Origin: an uncultured virus (IMG/VR IMGVR_UViG_3300025108_000038)
Lineage: Duplodnaviria; Heunggongvirae; Uroviricota; Caudoviricetes; Crassvirales
IMG/VR virus record: IMGVR_UViG_3300025108_000038
Length of the DNA: 64,000 nt
Reading direction: 5' to 3' (one strand)
This document shows positions 28,925 through 37,358 of this stretch, in pieces (position 1 is the first letter of the stretch; each line of letters starts with the position of its first letter). Under the pieces are notes generated by a model that worked only from the letters and a program-made list of their open reading frames with translations, ran no database searches and was not told where the DNA came from. Position numbers and translations under genes: made by a program.

Positions 28925-28953
28925 AAAAAAAGGGAGCGTAAACTCCCTATTTT
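28925..28953 (-). terminator. Intrinsic terminator, possibly bidirectional
   Basis: AGGGAG/CTCCCT stem flanked by an A-run and a T-rich tract. Confidence 0.75.
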
Positions 28954-28969
28954 ATTCAGTTAGGATTAA

Positions 28970-29248
28970 TTAAAAAGGAAGCCCATCTCCTTCGTCCACT
29001 GCATTAGCTACAACCTTCTGCTCTGTCTTCTGCTCTGGTTTAAATGTATCAATGGCTACATAATGTGTTTTACCATATTGATCTGTTTCTCTTTTTTTCT
29101 GTACAATAAGTTTTACATACTTTTTGTTGTTGTACTCAAAAATCCAATCTTTTGGAAGATCTGACAAGCAAACAGATACTGCTACCTGGTCTCCGTCAAA
29201 TTTTTCTTTTCCACTTCCTACGTAAATTTTGTCTTTTACTTCACTCAT
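28970..29248 (-). CDS. Putative single-stranded DNA-binding protein
   Basis: Beta-rich 92 aa with acidic DEGDGLPF tail; downstream of recombination genes. Confidence 0.55.
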   Translation of the reverse strand: MSEVKDKIYVGSGKEKFDGDQVAVSVCLSDLPKDWIFEYNNKKYVKLIVQKKRETDQYGKTHYVAIDTFKPEQKTEQKVVANAVDEGDGLPF

Positions 29249-29432
29249 GTTTATTAATTTTAATTGTTTGCTCCATATAGCTAATTACAGATAACATAAC
29301 TTCAGTTTTATGCTCTGCACTATTACAAGACATTGGAACTTTTATCCATATAATAGTATTTTTCTTTGTTCTTTTTAGGTTTTTATAAAGTCTGCCTATG
29401 TATGTATGTATGTATGTCTTCAGTCGCTTCAT
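29241..29432 (-). CDS. Hypothetical protein
   Basis: 63 aa; overlaps the end of the exonuclease; start uncertain. Confidence 0.4.
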   Translation of the reverse strand: MKRLKTYIHTYIGRLYKNLKRTKKNTIIWIKVPMSCNSAEHKTEVMLSVISYMEQTIKINKHE

Positions 29433-30126
29433 TACTAAAATATTTTTGATACACTTCTACCGCTTGCTCAACTTTCTCCTGGCCTCCTTGTATAAATGAT
29501 TGAGAACATTCAAATATACCAAGTCTTGCAGTCCTTTTATCTATTACCAGGAATATTAATGGCTTTCCAAATAACCTTTGATATATGTAGGCTTGACTAT
29601 CGTAATTATAGGTTTTTGCACTATACATAAATTTATCGATATCCGAACTTGTTTTAATGTCAATAATTAAATTACTTTTATGATTTAAGATATCAGCCTT
29701 TCCCTTCCAATCTAAATTCATTATTTTTTGAATTTCTGGAACTTCGTAATCATTATTCTCTTCATAGATAAGATCAAACATTTCCATATTAGAAGTCATC
29801 TTAGTACATAAAAAATCTAATTGCTCTCTTTCTTTTGTAAGCAAAAGCATTTCCTCATTTGATTCAGCCAAAGCCTCTTTATATTTAGTAGTAGATCTTG
29901 TTGATGCTTCTACCTCCTGGAAGTCTCCTATTTTATGTGGCTCTAATATTTTGGTGTGGAAATATCTACCTTCAAGCATTGGCTTTGTAAATTCATTACT
30001 TACTCTAAACTGAGTAGGATTCTTTAATAACTTTCCTATGTCTGAGTTTGATAGATATTGCTGACCAAAATCTCCATAATATTTAGCATCGTCTTCCAGG
30101 TTTTTAAGTATGTCTGCTTTAGTCAT
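29383..30126 (-). CDS. PD-(D/E)XK RecE-like exonuclease (DUF3799-like)
   Basis: YLSNSDI, GRYFHTKILEP, KGKAD...IIDIKT, YDSQAYIY. Confidence 0.8.
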   Translation of the reverse strand: MTKADILKNLEDDAKYYGDFGQQYLSNSDIGKLLKNPTQFRVSNEFTKPMLEGRYFHTKILEPHKIGDFQEVEASTRSTTKYKEALAESNEEMLLLTKEREQLDFLCTKMTSNMEMFDLIYEENNDYEVPEIQKIMNLDWKGKADILNHKSNLIIDIKTSSDIDKFMYSAKTYNYDSQAYIYQRLFGKPLIFLVIDKRTARLGIFECSQSFIQGGQEKVEQAVEVYQKYFSNEATEDIHTYIHRQTL

Positions 30127-30739
30127 TTTTAAAGGATTTAGCTAATTCTTTTTTCACTACTGCTTTTATACTATACTTAGACTTAAGATTTTTTACTATC
30201 TTCTCTAAACCTAATTCTTTATTTTTTGATATGTAAGTTAAAACTTTAGCCCAATTCATATCTCCAATCTCTAATGTGATTAAAGTTTCAGTCTTTTGTT
30301 TTGTTGTGGTCTGTGTCTTTTTATGTTCCTGGATCTCTGGAATTATTAAAGTATCTTCATTTGCATAAAGACTTAAACCAAGGCCATGCATAGCAATAGC
30401 TTTTGCAGTTGCTCTTTGAATTGCAGTGTTAACGTCCATAGAAGTTATTTTGTCAACAGTAATAGAGTTATGCCTAAAATCTTTAATAGGTAAATAATCA
30501 ATATGCTCTATATCATTCACTATTATACCTACTTTTACATAGCCAGTCATTCCGTCAGAAAACCAATTCAAACCTGTTTCTTGCGCCTCATACACTATAC
30601 GTTGCGCTCCTGGGTTTGATTGTTTTAAATAGTTCCAGGCTATTGCCCAGGATAAATAATTAAAATTTCCTTTCTTTTTTACGTGCTTGGAAACATCTTT
30701 TGCAACCAATTCTTTAAAGTAATTTTCATTTTTGCTCAT
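30119..30739 (-). CDS. Sak/Rad52-like single-strand annealing protein (DUF1071-like)
   Basis: YLSWAIAW...VNTAIQRATAKAIAMHGLGLSLYANED. Confidence 0.85.
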   Translation of the reverse strand: MSKNENYFKELVAKDVSKHVKKKGNFNYLSWAIAWNYLKQSNPGAQRIVYEAQETGLNWFSDGMTGYVKVGIIVNDIEHIDYLPIKDFRHNSITVDKITSMDVNTAIQRATAKAIAMHGLGLSLYANEDTLIIPEIQEHKKTQTTTKQKTETLITLEIGDMNWAKVLTYISKNKELGLEKIVKNLKSKYSIKAVVKKELAKSFKND

Positions 30740-31139
30740 TTGTATTTAATTTTAGATTTAAATCTTTTATTTTGTTTGCATACTTTAATAGTATGGCTTC
30801 TCTTTTATTTTTTAAGTTCTGTATATGCTTATCGTTCTTTCGAGTGTTTACCTCTGTCTTTATCTTTGACTCAATTAGTTTTAATTTAAATAAGCAATTT
30901 TCAATGTTTAATTTTAAACAACCTATTATCCAACCATACTCATAAAAGAAATCATAATGATCACTTTCAATTACCTTGTAATAATCTCCATTTCTGTTTA
31001 GATCTAATATTTCAATCCTATCACTAAACTTTTGAATCTTTATACCTTTACTTAAAACACTTTCACCATAAGGCATATCTTCTTGAATGCTATTACTACA
31101 TGATTTAGCTTGAATAAAAACTTGGTTTAAATTATACAT
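30726..31139 (-). CDS. Hypothetical protein
   Basis: 137 aa in the operon. Confidence 0.6.
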   Translation of the reverse strand: MYNLNQVFIQAKSCSNSIQEDMPYGESVLSKGIKIQKFSDRIEILDLNRNGDYYKVIESDHYDFFYEYGWIIGCLKLNIENCLFKLKLIESKIKTEVNTRKNDKHIQNLKNKREAILLKYANKIKDLNLKLNTNEQK

Positions 31140-31434
31140 TATTATCTTTTAATATCTCCTGGACTAAATCATTAACATCGGTATCATTACTTATTAGATC
31201 TTTTGCTTTATTATATCCATGTATTATAGTTGAATGGGTTACCTTAAAATCATAGGTTTCCAAAAACCTTTGTATGTAAGATATTCTTATTGGTCTTTCC
31301 ATACATAAATAATATAGCATTTGCCTGGCATCTACTATATCTCCTCGTCTTGTAGAGGTAAACATTTCATCTAAAGTTAGATGAAACTTTTTTGCTACCG
31401 CAGTAGCATAGTCATCAAATATTTGTTTCTTCAT
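31132..31434 (-). CDS. Stand-alone DnaA domain-IV-like DNA-binding protein
   Basis: RRGDIVDARQMLYYLC...HSTIIHG matches DnaA R...IV.ARQIAMYL...DHTTV.H. Confidence 0.75.
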   Translation of the reverse strand: MKKQIFDDYATAVAKKFHLTLDEMFTSTRRGDIVDARQMLYYLCMERPIRISYIQRFLETYDFKVTHSTIIHGYNKAKDLISNDTDVNDLVQEILKDNNV

Positions 31435-31700
31435 TATTGATTAATTTTATTTAATTCAAATTGTAAATGATTTATAGCCTTCTGAAGATCTTCATTAGGC
31501 GTGTTATGTTTTCTGTATGCTCTTAAAATATAAGTACAAGCAGTTCCTAAATTATAATTCAAATCAAAATTATTCACAACATCTATTGCGGTGTAATTAT
31601 TTTTACCATCATAATAAGAAGGAGTGTCTACTTTAATAGTTTTATCTTCGGTACACTGAAGTTCGTCTGTCCTGGTTTCTGTATAATTCATATTAACCAT
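31434..31700 (-). CDS. DUF3310-like protein
   Basis: PSYY...AIDV...YNLG...YILRA..K...EDLQKA; probable start at 31691. Confidence 0.7.
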   Translation of the reverse strand: MVNMNYTETRTDELQCTEDKTIKVDTPSYYDGKNNYTAIDVVNNFDLNYNLGTACTYILRAYRKHNTPNEDLQKAINHLQFELNKINQ

Positions 31701-31795
31701 TTTATAAATTTATATAATTGAATAGCAATTAAGCAAGAGATCGCTCCAATGAATGACCATGCTACAAGTTTCATATTTTTATCTTCTCTTCCCAT
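31688..31795 (-). CDS. 35-aa single-pass membrane peptide (MGREDKNMKLVAWSFIGAISCLIAIQLYKFIKWLI)
   Basis: Manually translated; ATGA-coupled to the next gene. Confidence 0.5.
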   Translation of the reverse strand: MGREDKNMKLVAWSFIGAISCLIAIQLYKFIKWLI

Positions 31796-31797
31796 AA

Positions 31798-31986
31798 CTA
31801 AATACCTAAAGGATAATCGTCATCTTCCATAGTAGTAACCTCCTGGCTTGTATCCAAAGGATCTTCTTCATCATCATTAATGTTATTAATAATGTTTGAA
31901 CACATAGCCATGTGTATAGCGGTGTTCCTTGCTTGTGGGTTTTGAGGGTTGAATGACTCAAATAGCATTCGTAGTGTATCGTCCAT
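31798..31986 (-). CDS. Small acidic hypothetical protein
   Basis: 62 aa; first gene after the promoter at 32019. Confidence 0.55.
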   Translation of the reverse strand: MDDTLRMLFESFNPQNPQARNTAIHMAMCSNIINNINDDEEDPLDTSQEVTTMEDDDYPLGI

Positions 31987-32018
31987 AATTTGATTAAATT
32001 TTAGTTAAACTTAGTTCA

Positions 32019-32026
32019 CAAATATA
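32019..32026 (-). promoter_or_regulatory. -7 promoter element TATATTTG
   Basis: Intergenic TAnnTTTG on the minus strand. Confidence 0.7.
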
Positions 32027-32051
32027 GTGTAAAACAATTATAAATACTAAT

Positions 32052-32456
32052 TTAATCGTATATATTTACTTGTAAATTTATTTCCAGGTGTTCGTAATAC
32101 CTTCCTATTTCAGAGTGAACAACCTGGTCTTCTCCTATGCAAATTTGAAAAGCCTCCAGGCCTCTCTCTTCGAGATCATATAAAAAATCTTCAATTATTT
32201 TTACATCTGGATAAGGGCTATACCATTTCAGATCAAAGATACTTGTGTATATCATCATTCCGTCTTTTGTTTCTTTTAAAAGGGAAAATAAATCTGGAAA
32301 AACAAAACGCCTTTCAGAGTTTTGAAGTTTAAACAATCTTACCTTTTCTGTTTTTGGTATTCCTATTATTACTTGACTACTATATCCCATTGTTTTGCAT
32401 TTTATCAGCCCATATACAAGCCTGGTTATAAATTCCGTTATCATATTCTTGAACAA
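32052..32456 (-). CDS. Hypothetical early protein
   Basis: ORF; true start probably at the internal MGYSSQV. Confidence 0.55.
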   Translation of the reverse strand: MFKNMITEFITRLVYGLIKCKTMGYSSQVIIGIPKTEKVRLFKLQNSERRFVFPDLFSLLKETKDGMMIYTSIFDLKWYSPYPDVKIIEDFLYDLEERGLEAFQICIGEDQVVHSEIGRYYEHLEINLQVNIYD

Positions 32457-32589
32457 AGTCTACAAAGTCATTAAACCAGGATATTTGAGGTTTAATTTTG
32501 TTGATCTCGTTTGTTGCTTCTATAAAATCTCCCATTAGTTCGGTTATCTTATTAAAGTCTCTGTCTTTTTGTGTTTCCGCGTATGCCAT
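32380..32589 (-). CDS. Hypothetical early protein
   Basis: 69 aa, tightly packed. Confidence 0.55.
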   Translation of the reverse strand: MAYAETQKDRDFNKITELMGDFIEATNEINKIKPQISWFNDFVDFVQEYDNGIYNQACIWADKMQNNGI

Positions 32590-32594
32590 AATTA

Positions 32595-32819
32595 TTAATA
32601 TTTATTTTCTTGAGCGTATTCCCATACCTTGGTATTGAGATCATCGTTTACCCAATCCCAAAAAAAGTCTGTTATATCTACTCCGTTTAATTCTACATTT
32701 TCTATTTCTAAATCAGCTTCAGGAGGGTACTCATTATCTCCGTCATTCCAATAAAATTCGTAATTTATATCTAATTCATAGTTATCTTCAACTATTGAGT
32801 ATGTTCCTTTTGTTTTCAT
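32595..32819 (-). CDS. Acidic hypothetical early protein
   Basis: 74 aa; YPPEA..EIENVELNGVDIT. Confidence 0.6.
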   Translation of the reverse strand: MKTKGTYSIVEDNYELDINYEFYWNDGDNEYPPEADLEIENVELNGVDITDFFWDWVNDDLNTKVWEYAQENKY

Positions 32820-33109
32820 AAGTGGCCTCCGATTCTTAATTTTTCACATTCATACCTATACTCTGATTCTGACTCTACTTCGTTCATACCTTCCAAATCA
32901 TCTATTCCATTTCCAAGAACAAATTCTGATTCATTCATTTTATGCTCAAGATCGTCTATCCAATCCTCTTCCTTATAAATTATAAATTCATCTATACTTG
33001 TGTATTTACCATTGTCTATTCGATAATGATCAAATTCATTTTCATCAATATCTGTTTCAATTTCAGCAAATTTATGGTAGATCCGTCTTACTTGTATTTT
33101 TACCTTCAT
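32816..33109 (-). CDS. Acidic hypothetical early protein
   Basis: 97 aa. Confidence 0.6.
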   Translation of the reverse strand: MKVKIQVRRIYHKFAEIETDIDENEFDHYRIDNGKYTSIDEFIIYKEEDWIDDLEHKMNESEFVLGNGIDDLEGMNEVESESEYRYECEKLRIGGHL

Positions 33110-33111
33110 TA

Positions 33112-33777
33112 TTAATATTTTTTAGTTCTTTCAATTAAATTTAAAACATCGTGTATTTCTACTCCTTGGTATTTGCAATTATTTGTTATGAATTGCTTTA
33201 TAGGTAATTGCTTTGGATCATCAAAAAAGTCTCCTAATTTTTTACCGCTTTTAATTTGAGCATCAGCTAAACGCTTAATTACTCTTTTCACATACCAATT
33301 ACTTGTCCAATAGATACCGCCTTCTCCGTCTGTAATTTTTACATTGTCTCCAGGTTTGTTGGTAATATTTTTATCAGCCTTCCAGGTATTTTTCTTTTTA
33401 TCATAACCTATTATATGGCATAGAATATCCCTTAATTGTTTTACAGACAAATACTCAAATGTATTTTCGTAATGGTCTAATATTTCTTTTTCGCATCTGT
33501 CTTCAATACTTTTTATTAATTGATCAAACTTTGCGTGTCCATACAATTCTCTGTAAAAGTCTCTAAATTTTGTGTATTGAGTTTTTTCTCCAAACATTGT
33601 AAAGTTTGTATCATAATCTAAATCTTCAATGTCCAGGAATTTTACTTCTCCAAATTCCTGGTTTGTTAGGCCTCCGTTTACATGAGTCTCAAAGTCTAAA
33701 CCTTTTCCATTTGTGGTGTTAAACGTAAACCCAAATCTTACATAATCTGTGTGCTTCTGTGTTTTTAATAGTTTCAT
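33112..33777 (-). CDS. Hypothetical early protein
   Basis: 221 aa. Confidence 0.65.
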   Translation of the reverse strand: MKLLKTQKHTDYVRFGFTFNTTNGKGLDFETHVNGGLTNQEFGEVKFLDIEDLDYDTNFTMFGEKTQYTKFRDFYRELYGHAKFDQLIKSIEDRCEKEILDHYENTFEYLSVKQLRDILCHIIGYDKKKNTWKADKNITNKPGDNVKITDGEGGIYWTSNWYVKRVIKRLADAQIKSGKKLGDFFDDPKQLPIKQFITNNCKYQGVEIHDVLNLIERTKKY

Positions 33778-33799
33778 TTTATTTGATTTTATTTATTAA

Positions 33800-34201
33800 T
33801 TAATATGGTTTTAAATGTTCTGTGTTGTTCTCTCCGTTAAATCTTTCCTGGAATAATAATTTTTCTGTGTGATCTTCAATTATTCTTTCTTTATCCTCCA
33901 GGGTTATTCCTTCGTACTGATCAATTAAGCCTTCTAAATAGGCCTCGTTTTCCATTATGTCGCTACAATCTTTTGTATATGGATAATATGGAGCGATATA
34001 CGTACCGCCTCCGTTTCCGTCATTCCATATAACAACATTCATTTGATTTGTTTGCGCTTCATATCCAAGGCCTCTTCGAGTATTAAAATACCTTACGCTT
34101 CTTACTTTCAATTTTTCCGCAAATGCTTTTTTATCTAATGCGTTTCTTAATAACCTATCTGCTTCCAGGCTTACTATTTTTTCTTGTTCTTGCTCGCTCA
34201 T
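33800..34201 (-). CDS. Hypothetical early protein
   Basis: 133 aa; WNDGNGGGTY motif. Confidence 0.65.
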   Translation of the reverse strand: MSEQEQEKIVSLEADRLLRNALDKKAFAEKLKVRSVRYFNTRRGLGYEAQTNQMNVVIWNDGNGGGTYIAPYYPYTKDCSDIMENEAYLEGLIDQYEGITLEDKERIIEDHTEKLLFQERFNGENNTEHLKPY

Positions 34202-34203
34202 AA

Positions 34204-34485
34204 TTATAAATTTTTTCTTATTGCTTTATACTGCTCTACTTCTGATAATATTTGATACTTATAATGATTTGTACATATTAACAAGGCTATCTCTCTGATC
34301 CAATCCAGGTTACTCATTCTACAATTATCAACATCAAGTTCATAGAATTGTATTAAGTCTTCCCTTATATCAGCATACTCTATGTTAATGGTATCCTTTT
34401 CTTTACTCCTGGAAAGTTTATTTATCTCTCCTTGCATTGCCTCAATTCTGTGGCCTAAAAATTTAATGGTTTCGTTTTTGCTCAT
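34204..34485 (-). CDS. Hypothetical early protein
   Basis: 93 aa. Confidence 0.6.
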   Translation of the reverse strand: MSKNETIKFLGHRIEAMQGEINKLSRSKEKDTINIEYADIREDLIQFYELDVDNCRMSNLDWIREIALLICTNHYKYQILSEVEQYKAIRKNL

Positions 34486-34490
34486 AACTT

Positions 34491-34931
34491 TTAATTATAT
34501 ATTAATGATCCGTTTTCTGTAAATTCATATTCATTAGCCTCACAAAGATCCGTTAAACCTTCATCAGAATAAACATATTCAGTCTCCTGGTGTAATTGTT
34601 TCAATACATTATTTAGAGAATTGTTTTTCAATCCTTCAATTATTTCTTGATCCCAAAATGTACCTGTTAATTCACACTTATCCGCTTCCAGGCTATCCAA
34701 GGCCAATTGATCGTACTCACTAAACTTTATGTACTCGCCTCGGCATGGGCTTTGGCTGATTGAATAATCGTTTCTTCCGCCTATTTCCTGGCTTAATTTT
34801 TTTATACTATCAACTAACTCGTACACTGAAAATTCATTCAAGTCGTGAAAATTTTCTCTGATCCATTTAAAGCATAGTTCTTTGCCTGGGTGTTCGTGTA
34901 TCTGATAAACTTTTGTTTTAATTACTCTCAT
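34491..34931 (-). CDS. Hypothetical early protein
   Basis: 146 aa; EANEYEFTENG C-terminus. Confidence 0.65.
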   Translation of the reverse strand: MRVIKTKVYQIHEHPGKELCFKWIRENFHDLNEFSVYELVDSIKKLSQEIGGRNDYSISQSPCRGEYIKFSEYDQLALDSLEADKCELTGTFWDQEIIEGLKNNSLNNVLKQLHQETEYVYSDEGLTDLCEANEYEFTENGSLIYN

Positions 34932-34961
34932 TTTTTTTATATTTAATTAGATTAATTTTCT

Positions 34962-34992
34962 GCAATATAGTTATTATAAACATCTTGTGCAA
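34962..34992 (-). promoter_or_regulatory. Probable early promoter (TTG-20 nt-TATATTGC)
   Basis: Variant -7 box plus -33 TTG; resembles the 37652-37681 promoter. Confidence 0.5.
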
Positions 34993-35008
34993 GTTTTTTA
35001 AACTTTCT

Positions 35009-35269
35009 TTAATTTGAATTACCTAACCATTGGTGATATATGTAGTCATATTCTACATTCATTATTTCGGCAAGCGCTTCGAAAATTCTTTCCCTAACCA
35101 GGCTATCGCAAACGCCTATTAAGTCGTATATTTCTTGATAGTTGTCAAGGCATTCAAAAACCATTTTGAAATTTATATTGCTATCGATTTCCTGGCCTAA
35201 TTCATCTGTTGAATATTTGGCCAGGTAAAACGCTTTTACGTTGCTTGTCGCTCTTAATTTAAACTTCAT
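35009..35269 (-). CDS. Hypothetical early protein
   Basis: 86 aa. Confidence 0.6.
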   Translation of the reverse strand: MKFKLRATSNVKAFYLAKYSTDELGQEIDSNINFKMVFECLDNYQEIYDLIGVCDSLVRERIFEALAEIMNVEYDYIYHQWLGNSN

Positions 35270-35453
35270 CGGTATCCCATTTAGTTACTGGAAATGTTCC
35301 CTTGTATCCTAATTCAAGCGCTCTATCAAAACACATTCTTAATAAAAAAGGCCTACTCCAATTTTGATCCATTATAATTTTATTTATTTCCTTTAGATCT
35401 GATTTGTTAATATACTCTTGCGTGTATTTTACTCTTCGTTTATATGCTCTCAT
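35259..35453 (-). CDS. Hypothetical early protein
   Basis: 64 aa. Confidence 0.55.
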   Translation of the reverse strand: MRAYKRRVKYTQEYINKSDLKEINKIIMDQNWSRPFLLRMCFDRALELGYKGTFPVTKWDTDEV

Positions 35454-35728
35454 AACTTATTTATTTTACTTTCGATTATTACTTGTTCGTTTTGTTCACT
35501 TATGTTTATTAAATTATTTATTTCTTCGTGTATTTCGTCTTGTATCTCGAAGGGATAATTTCCTTCTTTATACTTTATAAATTCATTATTTATTAAAAAA
35601 TCTACAATTCTAATTGAGACATCTCGCGTGTCATCGTTTGTTATTGTTTCTATATTCATAACCTCTCTGTTACCACTTGTCATTAATTCTTTATTACCTA
35701 TTTTGATAATGTTAGACTTATACTCCAT
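35450..35728 (-). CDS. Hypothetical early protein
   Basis: 92 aa; N-terminus (MEYKSNIIKIGNK) resembles that of the next ORF (MKYTNQFIKIGNK). Confidence 0.6.
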   Translation of the reverse strand: MEYKSNIIKIGNKELMTSGNREVMNIETITNDDTRDVSIRIVDFLINNEFIKYKEGNYPFEIQDEIHEEINNLINISEQNEQVIIESKINKL

Positions 35729-35731
35729 AAC

Positions 35732-35998
35732 TTATTTATTTACATTAATAAAATAATTTGCGTACTTTCCTCGTTCACTGCAACAATTATAATACTCGTA
35801 CTCGTTTACCATTGTTTCAAACTTTTCAGAAGATCCGTTATTTAATAACATTGGGCTTGTCCAGGAATTATTTAACATCATATTGCAAGCGTTTAAATAA
35901 AGATCATGGCCTTTATCATATACTTTTTTAGCCTCTGTTTTATTTATTTGCTTTACTTGTTTGTTACCTATTTTAATAAATTGATTTGTATACTTCAT
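35732..35998 (-). CDS. Hypothetical early protein
   Basis: 88 aa; NEYEYYNC.SERGKY. Confidence 0.65.
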   Translation of the reverse strand: MKYTNQFIKIGNKQVKQINKTEAKKVYDKGHDLYLNACNMMLNNSWTSPMLLNNGSSEKFETMVNEYEYYNCCSERGKYANYFINVNK

Positions 35999-36012
35999 AA
36001 CTTTGGTATTAT

Positions 36013-36037
36013 GGGAGCGTTTCCGCTCCCTGGTTTA
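36013..36037 (-). repeat. GAAA-tetraloop intergenic cassette, copy 1
   Basis: TAAACCA-GGGAGCG-GAAA-CGCTCCC on the minus strand. Confidence 0.9.
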
Positions 36038-36039
36038 TA

Positions 36040-36204
36040 CTACTTAATTAAATTTCTAATCGCTGAAACTTCTATTGTTCCAAATTTATCGTGTACCTTA
36101 CATAAATACTCTTCGGCCTCAATAAATCGCGCTTCTGTTGTCGCGTTTTCGTATTGATTGCGGAATTTTATTAACTCCGTTATCTCTGTTTTTATCTTCG
36201 GCAT
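36040..36204 (-). CDS. Hypothetical early protein (MPKIKTEI...)
   Basis: Start moved to ATG 36204, overlapping the end of the upstream lipoprotein. Confidence 0.5.
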   Translation of the reverse strand: MPKIKTEITELIKFRNQYENATTEARFIEAEEYLCKVHDKFGTIEVSAIRNLIK

Positions 36205-36356
36205 CTTGTATATTTTTGGCGTTTTGCATTCCAACATTTTTTAGTATACATTTTCTTTTTATACTTTGACGTTTTACATTGCCTGGAGGCGCTACAACTT
36301 GTAAGCGTTGGCGTTGCAAATATTAAACAAATTACTATTGTGATTATTTTTTTCAT
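36192..36356 (-). CDS. Small cationic lipoprotein (54 aa)
   Basis: Manually translated: MKKIITIVICLIFATPTLTS-C-SASRQCKTSKYKKKMYTKKCWNAKRQKYTRCRR; signal peptide with LTSC lipobox. Confidence 0.7.
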   Translation of the reverse strand: MKKIITIVICLIFATPTLTSCSASRQCKTSKYKKKMYTKKCWNAKRQKYTRCRR

Positions 36357-36358
36357 AT

Positions 36359-36625
36359 CTATTGAAATTTAAATTCTCTTATTATTCTTGTTTGGTTTGT
36401 TGGGCTTGTGCTTGTTAACTTTACTACGTTGTAGCCTCTACAAGTATACGAGCGCTCCGCGTGTTCTTTGCCTCCTGCTCTTCTGAAGGCCTTAAGCGTT
36501 TCATCTTTAGTTATTAAATTATATTCGCGCTCTGTGATTTCTTCAACAAATGTAACACCAGGTAAAAACGTGGTTTTTGTACTTGGGTTTTTTTCTTGCT
36601 TTGTTCTTGTCATTGTGATAGTCAT
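36359..36625 (-). CDS. Hypothetical early protein
   Basis: 88 aa. Confidence 0.6.
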   Translation of the reverse strand: MTITMTRTKQEKNPSTKTTFLPGVTFVEEITEREYNLITKDETLKAFRRAGGKEHAERSYTCRGYNVVKLTSTSPTNQTRIIREFKFQ

Positions 36626-36641
36626 TTTTTTGCGGTATTGT

Positions 36642-36666
36642 GGGAGCGTTTCCGCTCCCTGGTTTA
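36642..36666 (-). repeat. GAAA-tetraloop intergenic cassette, copy 2
   Basis: Identical to copy 1. Confidence 0.9.
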
Positions 36667-36669
36667 TAA

Positions 36670-36915
36670 TTATATTGATTCAAAAATTATTTCTTCGGTA
36701 TCTGTATTAAAAAGTATTTGAAATACTTCTTCCCATTCTTCGGAAAGGTTTAAAACTATAATATCATCTTCGCAGTAATGAGATAAACAAACTTTATTTG
36801 TTAGCTCTAAATCTTCGCCATAACTTAAGGCGCTGAGGTCTTCAATCGTTACCAAATTTTTAGCCTCTAAAATTGCGCTTCTTTGGTCTTCTGTAAGTGT
36901 TTCAAATGTGGTCAT
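36670..36915 (-). CDS. Very acidic early protein
   Basis: 81 aa, Glu/Asp-rich. Confidence 0.6.
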   Translation of the reverse strand: MTTFETLTEDQRSAILEAKNLVTIEDLSALSYGEDLELTNKVCLSHYCEDDIIVLNLSEEWEEVFQILFNTDTEEIIFESI

Positions 36916-36929
36916 AAAATTAAATTTGT

Positions 36930-36954
36930 GGGAGCGTTTCCGCTCCCTGGTTTA
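36930..36954 (-). repeat. GAAA-tetraloop intergenic cassette, copy 3
   Basis: Identical to copy 1. Confidence 0.9.
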
Positions 36955-36957
36955 GAT

Positions 36958-37344
36958 CTATTTATTAAGTTTTGCATTTAGTTTTAAAATGTGGTACGCC
37001 ATAAAATTGAAATAGTTTTCAACTATTCGTTTTGTGGTGTTTTTTTCGTTTGGGTAGGTGTCAACTTCCTGGAGGCGTTTTGCAAGTTTTACAATATCAT
37101 CGTTATAAAATGGAATATTTAAAACCGAAGGAAGGCCAGCAAGCCAATGAGCAAACCGCGTTTGTTCGTTTGGGTGTCGTGCCTGGTTGAATCTGTGGTT
37201 AAATTCTGATTCATAACAAGACATAACAAAGGCCAATTTTTCCGCGTGTGTTGTTGCTTCTGTTGTGTGGTCGTCTGTATTGATTGCATCAAGCAAATAA
37301 TTTTGAATATTTGAAAGATATTTTTTTGAGTTTGTGCGTAACAT
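36958..37344 (-). CDS. Hypothetical early protein
   Basis: 128 aa; HWLAGLPS motif. Confidence 0.65.
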   Translation of the reverse strand: MLRTNSKKYLSNIQNYLLDAINTDDHTTEATTHAEKLAFVMSCYESEFNHRFNQARHPNEQTRFAHWLAGLPSVLNIPFYNDDIVKLAKRLQEVDTYPNEKNTTKRIVENYFNFMAYHILKLNAKLNK

Positions 37345-37358
37345 AGTTTTTTAATTGT

